A stretch of 32,000 nucleotides of DNA from Candidatus Woesearchaeota archaeon (lineage in GTDB: Archaea; Nanobdellota; Nanobdellia; Woesearchaeales; GW2011-AR9), in NCBI GenBank assembly GCA_016203205.1, contig JACQNE010000014.1, forward strand, positions 1 to 32,000. Direction: 5' to 3'. Positions 1-8,524 of this stretch are shown piece by piece. The number at the start of each line of letters is the position of its first letter. Within the stretch, counting starts at the first letter, position 1. The notes under the pieces are model-generated. The model did no database searches. It saw only the letters and a program-made list of their open reading frames with translations, and had not been told where the DNA came from. The position numbers were made by a program, and so were the translations under genes.

Positions 1-55
1 CCTTAATATAATACTAATGCCTACATCAAACATAAATTCTTTATTTATAGAAACA

Positions 56-65
56 TTTATATAAT
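56..65 (+). promoter_or_regulatory. TATA-box-like element upstream of CDS 86..706
   Basis: TTTATATAAT ends 20 nt before the ATG at 86, in a very AT-rich leader. The spacing fits an archaeal leaderless transcript. Confidence 0.3.
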
Positions 66-85
66 AGTTATATCTAGAATAAACT

Positions 86-706
86 ATGGAAAAGAGAGAA
101 CTTTTGCAAAAACTAGCTGGAATCCAGACAATAGAGTCTGTTATGGATCTACTTAAAGTAGATAAGAGGATGGCGATTTACTATATCCACCGCCTTAGAA
201 AAGAGGGCTATGTTAAAACGAGAAGACAGAGTAATAACCGAAGGGTTTACACCGTCTCGCTTGATAATAAATTAGGCGGTAAAAGTTACTATGAGATTAT
301 TAATCAACATTCTCCTATTAAAATCTCAACGCCAGTAATTTATAGAATATATGGTAAAGAACCAAGTCTAGAAGAAACTTTAATTTATGCAATCAAAACC
401 AAAAGTCTCAGAACCATTCTTGCGTCATTGGCTTTATTTAAAAAAATGAACAATTGGGTAGAATTATACCATCTTGCCAAAGAAAACCATATTGAACGAC
501 AAGTCGGAGCATTGTATGATCTTGCTGTTCAGATCATGAAAGTAAGGAAAATGTCCTCTAAATTTAGAAGTAGTGCTCTCCCAAAAGAAGCATATAAGTT
601 TGAATATGTTGTTCCAGAATTAAAATCTAGAGATTTCACGGAAATAGAAAAAGTATGGAGAATTTATCTCCCATTCAACAAAAAAGATTTGGAGGAATAC
701 AAATGA
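86..706 (+). CDS. winged-helix DNA-binding protein, AbiEi-antitoxin-like (putative)
   Basis: 206-aa ORF with an N-terminal wHTH-like segment (VDKRMAIYYIHRLRKEGYVKTRR). Its TGA overlaps the ATG of the next gene (ATGA at 703-706). The region is AT-rich. Confidence 0.6.
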   Translation: MEKRELLQKLAGIQTIESVMDLLKVDKRMAIYYIHRLRKEGYVKTRRQSNNRRVYTVSLDNKLGGKSYYEIINQHSPIKISTPVIYRIYGKEPSLEETLIYAIKTKSLRTILASLALFKKMNNWVELYHLAKENHIERQVGALYDLAVQIMKVRKMSSKFRSSALPKEAYKFEYVVPELKSRDFTEIEKVWRIYLPFNKKDLEEYK

Positions 707-1371
707 TCACTATAGATCAACAACAAAAATTACTATTAAATGTTGCCGGAAGACTTAGCCAAAAGATAACTGTTTATGCTATAGGTGGAACTGCTATGAT
801 GTTCCTTGGTTTTAAAGATGCGACTTTAGATATTGATTTAGTCTTTGAAAATGAGAAAGACCGTGCTGTATTCAAAGAAGCGATAAAATCTCTGGGTTAC
901 TTGGAAATGGATGCCCTTAAAATTTATGGAATAAAAAGAAATACTCCGGAGATGTTTAAACTTAATGATGAACGCTTTGATTTATTTGTTGTAGAAGTAG
1001 TTGATTTTATCTTTTCAGAAAAGATGAGGCAAAGAGCAGAACAGACCCATCAGTTTGGAGAAAAGCTCGTTCTAAAAATAGCTAACCCTTTGGATATTAT
1101 CCTTATGAAATGTGCTACTGATCGTTTAAAAGATAAAGATGATGCACGAAGAATTATTACTTCTACAAAAATTAATTGGGATATCGTCATCGGAGAAGCT
1201 AAAAACCAGATGGGATTGGGAAAAGAAAGAGCAGTATTTGATTTAACTTGTTTTTTAGAAGATCTAAGAAAAATGACGGGAGTGGATATCCCCTCAGATA
1301 TCATGGAAAAACTCTTTGAGCTAATTGAAAGACAAGTAAAGGAAAAAAAGAAAAAGTCTAGAGAAAACTAA
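703..1371 (+). CDS. nucleotidyltransferase-fold protein, AbiEii/DUF1814-like toxin candidate
   Basis: Carries the pol-beta NTase signature GGTAMMFLGFKDATLDIDLVF (G[GS]-x9-13-D-x-D) and a later KCATDRLKDKDD segment. I prefer the ATG at 703 (ATGA overlap with the upstream stop) to the track start at 655. Confidence 0.55.
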   Translation: MITIDQQQKLLLNVAGRLSQKITVYAIGGTAMMFLGFKDATLDIDLVFENEKDRAVFKEAIKSLGYLEMDALKIYGIKRNTPEMFKLNDERFDLFVVEVVDFIFSEKMRQRAEQTHQFGEKLVLKIANPLDIILMKCATDRLKDKDDARRIITSTKINWDIVIGEAKNQMGLGKERAVFDLTCFLEDLRKMTGVDIPSDIMEKLFELIERQVKEKKKKSREN

Positions 1372-1404
1372 CTTCCCACCACACAAGAACCAATTTCCAA
1401 AATT

Positions 1405-2886
1405 CTACCTCAACCCTTCCAAATACCCCGCCAGCTGATCAATCGCCACCCTTTGTTGTTCCGTTGTATCACGGTCACGTACAGTAACGGCATTATCTGT
1501 CAAAGAATCGAAATCAATGGTGATACAATATTTTATGCCAATTTCATCAGCGCGGGCATAGCGTCTGCCAATAGAAGCAACTTCGTCATAGAATGGTTTC
1601 AGATTATGGCGGCGCAGGAGCGCGTCTACCTCTTCCGCTTTTGTAACGACTTCCTCTTTGTTTTTCACCAGCGGAAAGACAGCACAGAAGAAAGGCGTGA
1701 AAGATGAAGGCAAGTGCAGAACAATATTGCCGCGTTTTTTGTCGTCGTCATACGCCAAATCCAATAAAGCATAGACCGTACGATCAACACCGAGACTTAA
1801 TTCCAAGACGTGAGGAACAAAGCGTTCCCCTGTTGCTTCTTCTAAAACTTCCATGCTCTGTTTAGAGATCTTTTGATGGCCGCCCAGATCGTGGTCAGTT
1901 CGGTAATGCAAACCGCCCATCTCCGTAAAACCATGATCGGCTAATTCGACTTCAAAATCGAAATGATATTTGTTGTAGAACGCTTTTTCTTTGTCATCTA
2001 ATTGATAGAAACGGAATTTTGCCAGGGGAATGCTGAGTAAATCTACATAGAATTTCTGGATGACAACTAGATGATAGACATAAAATTCCGGCAAGCCTCT
2101 CTTGACGAGTTCAGCAGCGGTCCTCTCCACCGGCTGATTCTTTTTACGATCTTCCTCCAGCAAGACGCGGAGTTTGTAATTCTTGACTGAGGAGAAGAGG
2201 GGGTGTTTGCTGATCGTACTGGGATTAAAGAAAATCTGCAGTTCTGCCTGAGTGATTTCGCGCAGGCGCAAAGTCAGATTACGCGGTGAAATCTCATTAC
2301 GGAACGCCTTGCCGATGAGAGCTAAGCCGAGGGGCAGTTTTTTTCTCTGTAATTCATATTGCAGCTTAAAATTGACATAAGGTGATTGTGCAGTTTCCGG
2401 ACGAAGAAAAGCACGTTGAGCTGTGCCCACGCCTAAATGCAGAGGAAACATCATGTTAACCGCAGTAACCGGCTTGAGTTTGGACTTACATTTCGGACAG
2501 GTCAACTGATGCTTTCCAATCAAAGAATTTAATTCCTCCGGGGAGAAACCTTCAGTGCGCTGTTTGGTTACCTGCTGGACAAAATGATCTGCTCGTTCAG
2601 TAAAATTACATTTAGAACAGTCAACTGTCGGGTCGCTAAAGTTCTCAAGATGGCCCGATGCTTTGAAGACAGATTCATGCATGATCTGAGCAGTGTCGAT
2701 CTCAAAGAAATTACGATCCAATCCCAGAAAATAATTCCGCCACACATTCTCAAAATGATGTTTAAGTAATGTACCCAGATGGCCATAATCATAGAGACCG
2801 GCTAATCCACCATAGATCTCGGAAGAAGGATAGATAAAGCCCTTCTTTTTGCAGAATATCGCCAGATCTTGAGCGGTGTGGGTCAT
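1405..2886 (-). CDS. glyS: glycine--tRNA ligase (archaeal/eukaryotic-type class II)
   Basis: 493 aa. N-terminus reads KKGFIYPSSEIYGGLAGLYDYGHLG, motif 2 reads FRNEISPRN, and motif 3 is ELSLGVDR-like. A C-terminal anticodon-binding region is present. Confidence 0.9.
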   Translation of the reverse strand: MTHTAQDLAIFCKKKGFIYPSSEIYGGLAGLYDYGHLGTLLKHHFENVWRNYFLGLDRNFFEIDTAQIMHESVFKASGHLENFSDPTVDCSKCNFTERADHFVQQVTKQRTEGFSPEELNSLIGKHQLTCPKCKSKLKPVTAVNMMFPLHLGVGTAQRAFLRPETAQSPYVNFKLQYELQRKKLPLGLALIGKAFRNEISPRNLTLRLREITQAELQIFFNPSTISKHPLFSSVKNYKLRVLLEEDRKKNQPVERTAAELVKRGLPEFYVYHLVVIQKFYVDLLSIPLAKFRFYQLDDKEKAFYNKYHFDFEVELADHGFTEMGGLHYRTDHDLGGHQKISKQSMEVLEEATGERFVPHVLELSLGVDRTVYALLDLAYDDDKKRGNIVLHLPSSFTPFFCAVFPLVKNKEEVVTKAEEVDALLRRHNLKPFYDEVASIGRRYARADEIGIKYCITIDFDSLTDNAVTVRDRDTTEQQRVAIDQLAGYLEGLR

Positions 2887-2912
2887 TTGCTCTAGGGAAG
2901 GGAAGATGTTTA

Positions 2913-3911
2913 TTAATGTTTTTGTGGCTTTTTAGTCTTGGAATTGAGGAATTCTTCAGGGAAATAGGAATACTTATAGATTTTAAGAGCCTGATAAAAA
3001 GAATAATGTCGAATTTTTTGAGGGAATAATTTTTTTAACTCATCCATGAATTGATAAAATTCCAAATCATTCTTAAATTCACCATCGAATTCAAAATCAG
3101 ATCCCCCCAGAGTAATCTCGCGATAAATGATATTTGGGTGTTGAAGAATATATTGTGCAAGTGCGGGAATAATAGAAAGATCTTCTAATTCTAAGTCGAT
3201 TTTAAAATATTGATAGCCCAACTGAGAGAAATCAAGTAATATCTTATATCCCAAAATCACTTTTTGTTTCTCAAGACTGCGTAACTTATATTTCACCCCC
3301 GCCGGAGTCATTTTCAATTCATGAGCTAAATCTAACAAGGTAATTCTCGCATTCTCTTTAATGATATTAAGAAGCTGAAGATCTTTCTCATCATAAACGA
3401 AGGTGTCTTGATTCCCCGTAATTATAATAGAGTGATCTTGCTGCTTTTTATCAACCAGATAATTGCGGCAAAAATGATGATAGCTGAGGAAAAGACTAAT
3501 GAATCTATGAGCAACATGTGCACGAAATTGTTGAAGGAATCGATCATAAATTTGTTGATATTCCGCCAAACTCTTTACAAGAAAGCCGGCAACAAGATCA
3601 TGTCGACCACTACTGCGAAAAACGATCTGACAATGCTTCTCCTCAACAAAAAAACGAGCAATATTTTCTTCAATCTCTGGAGTAGTATTCTGCAATCCCA
3701 CATAAAGACGAATAAATTGATAAGAAAAACGTCCATAATCAATAACTGCGATGTACTTTTGAATAATTCCCGCTTTTTCTAATTGCTTCATACGATACGA
3801 GACGACATCCCGGCTTAGTTTCGTAATGCTTGCTAATTCGTTGATAGACTGGCGGGAATTACGATCTAGTTCGAAGACGATCCGCCGGTTCTTCTGGTCT
3901 AATTTGTACAT
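2913..3911 (-). CDS. Lrp/AsnC-family transcriptional regulator with two tandem HTH+effector modules
   Basis: 332 aa with two AsnC-type HTH segments: LDQKNRRIVFELDRNSRQSINELASITKLSRDVVSYRMKQLEKAGII and LDEKDLQLLNIIKENARITLLDLAHELKMTPAGVKYKLRSLEKQKVI. Each is followed by about 80-100 aa of RAM-like sequence. Confidence 0.8.
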   Translation of the reverse strand: MYKLDQKNRRIVFELDRNSRQSINELASITKLSRDVVSYRMKQLEKAGIIQKYIAVIDYGRFSYQFIRLYVGLQNTTPEIEENIARFFVEEKHCQIVFRSSGRHDLVAGFLVKSLAEYQQIYDRFLQQFRAHVAHRFISLFLSYHHFCRNYLVDKKQQDHSIIITGNQDTFVYDEKDLQLLNIIKENARITLLDLAHELKMTPAGVKYKLRSLEKQKVILGYKILLDFSQLGYQYFKIDLELEDLSIIPALAQYILQHPNIIYREITLGGSDFEFDGEFKNDLEFYQFMDELKKLFPQKIRHYSFYQALKIYKYSYFPEEFLNSKTKKPQKH

Positions 3912-4019
3912 TTTAGGATTATTTTACTGATATTTTAAATTTACTATATAAATATTATCTTTTTTAAGTAAAAATAAAGAGGTAATTTTATATCTTGTTT
4001 AACACCTTAAAGTAGTAAA
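3912..4019. promoter_or_regulatory. divergent AT-rich promoter region between the Lrp-like regulator and the racemase
   Basis: 108-nt intergenic region holding several TATA-like strings (TTTAAATTTACTATATAAATATTA, TTTTATATC). It is flanked by divergently transcribed genes. Confidence 0.35.
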
Positions 4020-4712
4020 ATGAACAAAACACTTGGCATTGTTGGAGGACTAGGCACAGAGACCAGTTGTAGCTTTTGCTTTAATGTCAACCGGCAGGTC
4101 AAAGAAATTTCACCGCATCAACCACATATTATTATGGATAACGTGCCGGTTCCAAAAGATGTAGAGAGAGCAATCGCCCATGGCGAACATTCCAAAGAGA
4201 TGGGTTTTTTACTAAAAAGCTCCGTGAGAAGGCTTGACAAATCAGGCGCACACTTAATTGTAATACCCTGCAACACCGTTCACGTCTTTATTGACGAACT
4301 ACGGCAACAATCAACAGTTCCACTTCTCAGTATCATCGAAGAAACAACAAAAGAATGTGCAAAACAGGGCTTTCAAAAGGTCGGACTTCTGGCCTCTTCA
4401 ACAACCGTAAGGCAGAAGCTCTACAATGAAAAACTACGGGAAAATGGAATGGAATTATTAACACCAGATGAACAACAACAAGATTTCCTTAGTGAATGCA
4501 TCATTAAGATTCTAAATAATCGTTTGGAAAAAGAAGATAGACAGAAAATAATCGGGATACTTGAGCGATTGCAAGAAAGGGGAGCAGAGGCAATTATTCT
4601 CGGTTGCACGGATCTCTTTTTAGCCGTAAAACCGGAAGATGTTACCCTGCCTCTGATTAATTCAACTGCTGTCCTCCAAAATAGTGTTATAGAATGGCTT
4701 TTGCGCGAATAA
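4020..4712 (+). CDS. aspartate/glutamate racemase family protein (aspartate-racemase-like)
   Basis: 230 aa with GIVGGLGTETS at the N-terminus. The two catalytic-Cys contexts are present (VIPCNTVH and ILGCTD). Confidence 0.8.
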   Translation: MNKTLGIVGGLGTETSCSFCFNVNRQVKEISPHQPHIIMDNVPVPKDVERAIAHGEHSKEMGFLLKSSVRRLDKSGAHLIVIPCNTVHVFIDELRQQSTVPLLSIIEETTKECAKQGFQKVGLLASSTTVRQKLYNEKLRENGMELLTPDEQQQDFLSECIIKILNNRLEKEDRQKIIGILERLQERGAEAIILGCTDLFLAVKPEDVTLPLINSTAVLQNSVIEWLLRE

Positions 4713-4797
4713 TATTTTGGAGGGGATTTTGTTTTTTTGAACTATCCCTAAAATAGATGTCGACACCTTTTTAAATTCTCTCGTCTTTTGAATAACC

Positions 4798-6576
4798 ATG
4801 GGGTGGAAAGATGAGCCGGTCGTGTTTCTCACGCGAAAAACCTGGAAGTATTCTGGTGAGAACCAGCCAAAAATTGTTCTCTATGTTATTCTGTTTGTCA
4901 TTGCTAACGCCATCGACCTATTATGGCCGCTCCTGATCGCCAAGATCCTCAATTTTATTCAAGAAAACGGCGTTACAACGCAAAATATCCCTACGTTGAT
5001 CGGATATCTGTCATTTTTCCTAGTGCTCACCATCGGATTCTGGATTTTTCACGGCCCGGCCCGTGTCATTGAAAATAAAAATGCTTTTCTCGCCAAAGCA
5101 AATTACAAGAGATACCTGTTGGATGGAACGATGAGCCTTCCGGCAGAATGGCATACGGAACATCATTCCGGAGATACGATCGATAAAGTTGAAAAAGCGA
5201 CAACCGCGCTGTTTCAATTCTCCTCCGAATCATTCGAGGTTATCGAGACAATCGTCCGGTTTATCGGCTCGTATCTCGCTTTGGTTTATTTTAATCTTCA
5301 GGCAAGTTATCTTGTCCTGCTGATGGTCATCCTAACTATTTATATGATCCTCCGCTTTGACAAGATTCTGGTGAGGCAATATTCTGAACTCTATGAAGCG
5401 GAAAATGGCATCTCGGCAAAGATTTTTGATACGCTGAGCAACATCACCACGGTCATCATCTTACGCATTGAGAAATTGCTCTCTAACGTCATCTTTCGCA
5501 AGATGCTGCAGCCGTTCAAGCTTTTTCTGCGTAATAACAAGATCAATGAAGTAAAGTGGTTTCTGGTTTCGCTCTTCGCTTCGACGATGACAGCGTTGGT
5601 TTTGTTTACCTACATCTATTCCCAAGCTAAGGTAGAAGCGACAATTCTCATCGGAACCGTCTATGCTTTGTATGGATATTTATATAATATCAATACTCTC
5701 TTCTACCGCTTCGCGTATAAATATAGCGACATCATCAAGCAAAAAACGGCGGTTCTAAATGGAGAAAAGATCGCCCGGGAGTTCAAAGATCTGGAGAAAT
5801 TCAAGCCGAGGGCAGTATCGTCTGACTGGAAATCAATCGAAATTAAAGGCTTATCATTTTCCTATCACACAGAAGAAGGAGCTGATCTGCATCTGGAAAA
5901 TATTTCTTTTACGATCCGGCACGGGGAGAAGATCGCTTTTATTGGTGACAGCGGAAGCGGGAAGACGACACTCCTGAGGGTGATCCGTGATATCTACCAC
6001 CCCAAGTCCGGCAAAATTGTCTTGGATGGGAAAGAACTCCCAAAGGGGTTTAAGTACATCAGCACGATGATTTCCCTGATCCCTCAGGATCCAGAAATTT
6101 TTGCAACGACAATCAAAGAGAACATTACTTTTGGAGTGCGACATTCCCAAGAAGAAATAAAGAGATATACGGATATGGCCACATTCACCGAGGTTATCTC
6201 TCAATTGCCCCGCGGCGTGCAATCGTCTATCGTTGAAAAAGGAGTAAGTCTGAGCGGCGGACAAAAGCAGCGTCTTGCTCTCGCGCGAGGCCTGATGGCT
6301 TCGGAAGATAAAGAGATCATCTTATTAGACGAGCCGACGAGCAGTGTAGATGTCAAAAATGAATTGCTGATCTACCAGAATATCTTTAGACAGTTTAAAG
6401 AGAAGACGATCATTTCCTCAGTGCATCGGCTTCATCTCCTTACGCTCTTTGATACAATCTATTATTTTAAGAATGGAAAAATAATCCATTCCGGAACATT
6501 TGACCAATTATTACGAGAATCAGAGCCGTTTCGGATACTGTGGAAGAAATATACCAAGACAACGAGCAAGAGATGA
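4798..6576 (+). CDS. ABC transporter, fused permease/ATP-binding protein (exporter type)
   Basis: 592 aa with an N-terminal multi-TM domain. Motifs: Walker A GDSGSGKTT, signature LSGGQKQR, Walker B ILLDEPTS, H-loop SVHRL. Confidence 0.9.
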   Translation: MGWKDEPVVFLTRKTWKYSGENQPKIVLYVILFVIANAIDLLWPLLIAKILNFIQENGVTTQNIPTLIGYLSFFLVLTIGFWIFHGPARVIENKNAFLAKANYKRYLLDGTMSLPAEWHTEHHSGDTIDKVEKATTALFQFSSESFEVIETIVRFIGSYLALVYFNLQASYLVLLMVILTIYMILRFDKILVRQYSELYEAENGISAKIFDTLSNITTVIILRIEKLLSNVIFRKMLQPFKLFLRNNKINEVKWFLVSLFASTMTALVLFTYIYSQAKVEATILIGTVYALYGYLYNINTLFYRFAYKYSDIIKQKTAVLNGEKIAREFKDLEKFKPRAVSSDWKSIEIKGLSFSYHTEEGADLHLENISFTIRHGEKIAFIGDSGSGKTTLLRVIRDIYHPKSGKIVLDGKELPKGFKYISTMISLIPQDPEIFATTIKENITFGVRHSQEEIKRYTDMATFTEVISQLPRGVQSSIVEKGVSLSGGQKQRLALARGLMASEDKEIILLDEPTSSVDVKNELLIYQNIFRQFKEKTIISSVHRLHLLTLFDTIYYFKNGKIIHSGTFDQLLRESEPFRILWKKYTKTTSKR

Positions 6577-6580
6577 TGAG

Positions 6581-6723
6581 GTACGTATTTAGTTTGCCGC
6601 TCGCTCGGCGTTTTTCCACAATTTTCTCTGAAGTGAAAAAACTGTTTTCCCGAAGAAAAACGCTCCAACCTTGTCTTACGAAGAGATTCTCTCGCTCGCA
6701 TCTTAGCGAAACTAAATACGTAC
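6581..6723. repeat. 143-bp imperfect palindromic element with GTACGTATTTAGTTT termini (X1)
   Basis: Left arm GTACGTATTTAGTTTGC pairs with right arm GCGAAACTAAATACGTAC. There is an internal stem GCGTTTTTC/GAAAAACGC. The element starts 4 nt after the ABC transporter stop, between convergent genes. Confidence 0.6.
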
Positions 6724-6766
6724 ACAATGAGCTGGTTCTTGATCTCCTCCACGTATCTTGTCTGTT

Positions 6767-7303
6767 CTATCCCGAATAAGAACAGACCTTCTTCACGACG
6801 GCAGCACCATCCAACGAAACCAGCTCTTCCAGAATCTGGTCTGAAGTCCGGGCGATTTTGATGAGAGCCTGAATCTCTTCATCTTCTAACGCGGCATTCA
6901 TGCCGTCTCCGATGGAATGAGCAATCAGCGTTTCAGGGGCCAGATCAGTACGGGCTTTCAAATAAAGCAAAGCCCCCAATTCCGCAATCATTTCCTCGGC
7001 AACCACTTCCGGACAAAATTCTCTTTTCGCTTCAGAAATGGCGAAGAGCGTCGGATTAACGATCCGATGCAGATAATGGCTGGATTCGTGCCAAAGCACA
7101 TAAAGTAAGCGCTTTGGATCGAGATCATCAGAAAGATAAATCATAGCGTCGCCGAGAGCACCATCACCTAATAATGGCCTGATCGTGGTCGGAAAATATC
7201 CCGGATGTTCTGCTATCCCATAGCCGGAAAACATCGTGTCGACAAACTGCCGATGCTCCTCTTCGGCATCTGCCTGTTTCTCCGCGGAAGTATTGCCGGT
7301 CAT
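6767..7303 (-). CDS. HExxH-motif protein (putative zinc metallopeptidase-like), co-transcribed with rfcL
   Basis: 178 aa containing WHESSHYLH. Its ATG (7301-7303) lies 1 nt from the rfcL stop codon (7305-7307). Confidence 0.6.
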   Translation of the reverse strand: MTGNTSAEKQADAEEEHRQFVDTMFSGYGIAEHPGYFPTTIRPLLGDGALGDAMIYLSDDLDPKRLLYVLWHESSHYLHRIVNPTLFAISEAKREFCPEVVAEEMIAELGALLYLKARTDLAPETLIAHSIGDGMNAALEDEEIQALIKIARTSDQILEELVSLDGAAVVKKVCSYSG

Positions 7304-7304
7304 T

Positions 7305-8501
7305 TCACTGCCCCAGCCATTCTGCTTCCTCTTCGGTCAGTTCCCATTCTCTGATCAGTTCTGTCTGCGCGCTTCCGGCAAAAATAGCCTGATAGTACGG
7401 AAATTGCGCGACCACGCTCTGGCGTGAAGTGTGTATTTTCCGGGCAATTTTGGCAGCGATTTCTTTACGCCGGGCATATTTCTGATTAGCCTGCCAGATC
7501 TTTAATAAGCGCATTGTACGTTTATATTCGGTGAATTTCGGGTTGCGCTCCTCTTTGGCAGAAGAGATCCCGGCCGTGAGAAGATTATTGATATACACGA
7601 GAAACCGCCAATGCTGCTGCCTTTTGATCCTGCCGCGGAAAACGTCAGCCCGGGCAAGATGTTCATAGGCACGAGCCAAAGCAAGGGAAGAGGTATATTC
7701 CCGAGGCAGATTTTCATCCAGCCAGAGAAAAACTTCGTCAAGATCAACAGCGATGTCTTCTAATGCGGGTAAAGCATTCTCAATGGTAGACGACTTGAAA
7801 ATGAGACTAAGCGCCTGGAGGATCGATGCCGTGCGCTTGCGGTCGGAGAGCTGGGTGACCGCGGCAAAGGTAACTGGCCCATTTGCGGAGGTTATCTGCA
7901 GATCAAGTAGAGCCGCGCGAACATCGCCGTCAACCTGGCGGGCCAAGGAACGTAATGCACTTTCTTCAGAAGAAAAATGCTCTTTTGCGGCGATCAGCTG
8001 CAGCAAGAAGAAAATCGACTGGTGGTCAACCTTCGGAAATACAATCTCCAGACAGATCTTGCGCAGTGCCTTCAACTTATCATCATAAAGATCATTTGCC
8101 GTGAGAATGACCGGAAAAGCCGCTTTTTCCAATGCTTTGACCAACGCCGGAATGCAGCCTCGATCATTAGTCCCGGACAGGGCATCAATCTCATCGATGA
8201 GGATGATCTTTGGCCGGAAGAACAGAGATTGCTGGCCCAAAGCAGATCCGAGAAACGTGTGAATTGCCGCAGCATTACGCAGATCAGAAGAGTTCAATTC
8301 GAGAAGATCGTAGTTCAATTCCTGCGCTAAAGCATACACGGAAGAGGTCTTTCCCACGCCAATCGGCCCAGATAATAGGGCAGCATTCTGTTTCTTCTGC
8401 TGATGATGGAGGATGAAATCTTTTAGTTGGGAAACGGCAAGATCCTGGCCGATTATTTCCGAGGAATGCTGGGGAGCGTACTTAATGGTGAGAAGAGACA
8501 T
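7305..8501 (-). CDS. rfcL: replication factor C large subunit (AAA+ clamp loader)
   Basis: 398 aa. Motifs: Walker A GPIGVGKTS, ELNSSDLRN, Walker B ILIDEID. The N-terminus KYAPQHSSEIIGQD is typical of RFC. Confidence 0.8.
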   Translation of the reverse strand: MSLLTIKYAPQHSSEIIGQDLAVSQLKDFILHHQQKKQNAALLSGPIGVGKTSSVYALAQELNYDLLELNSSDLRNAAAIHTFLGSALGQQSLFFRPKIILIDEIDALSGTNDRGCIPALVKALEKAAFPVILTANDLYDDKLKALRKICLEIVFPKVDHQSIFFLLQLIAAKEHFSSEESALRSLARQVDGDVRAALLDLQITSANGPVTFAAVTQLSDRKRTASILQALSLIFKSSTIENALPALEDIAVDLDEVFLWLDENLPREYTSSLALARAYEHLARADVFRGRIKRQQHWRFLVYINNLLTAGISSAKEERNPKFTEYKRTMRLLKIWQANQKYARRKEIAAKIARKIHTSRQSVVAQFPYYQAIFAGSAQTELIREWELTEEEAEWLGQ

Positions 8502-8524
8502 CTGATGGGGAGAGAACGGCTATT

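Noticed and set aside
655-702. Upstream ATG at 655 for the nucleotidyltransferase gene, overlapping the preceding gene by 52 nt.
   Set aside because: The ATG at 703 forms a classic ATGA stop/start overlap, and the 16 extra residues are not needed for the NTase fold. The evidence is not decisive.
1050-1304. Antisense or nested short ORFs listed throughout the track, for example 1050..1304, 1453..1707, 3408..3782, 5854..6264, 7753..8330, 19713..20051 and 28206..28547.
   Set aside because: Each lies wholly inside a longer ORF with clear family motifs on the other strand or in another frame, and none has its own signals.
6462-6779. ORFs 6462..6752, 6467..6727 and 6540..6779 between the ABC transporter and the HExxH gene.
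   Set aside because: All traverse the 143-bp palindromic element and overlap the ABC gene's 3' end. They are open in several frames, as expected by chance.
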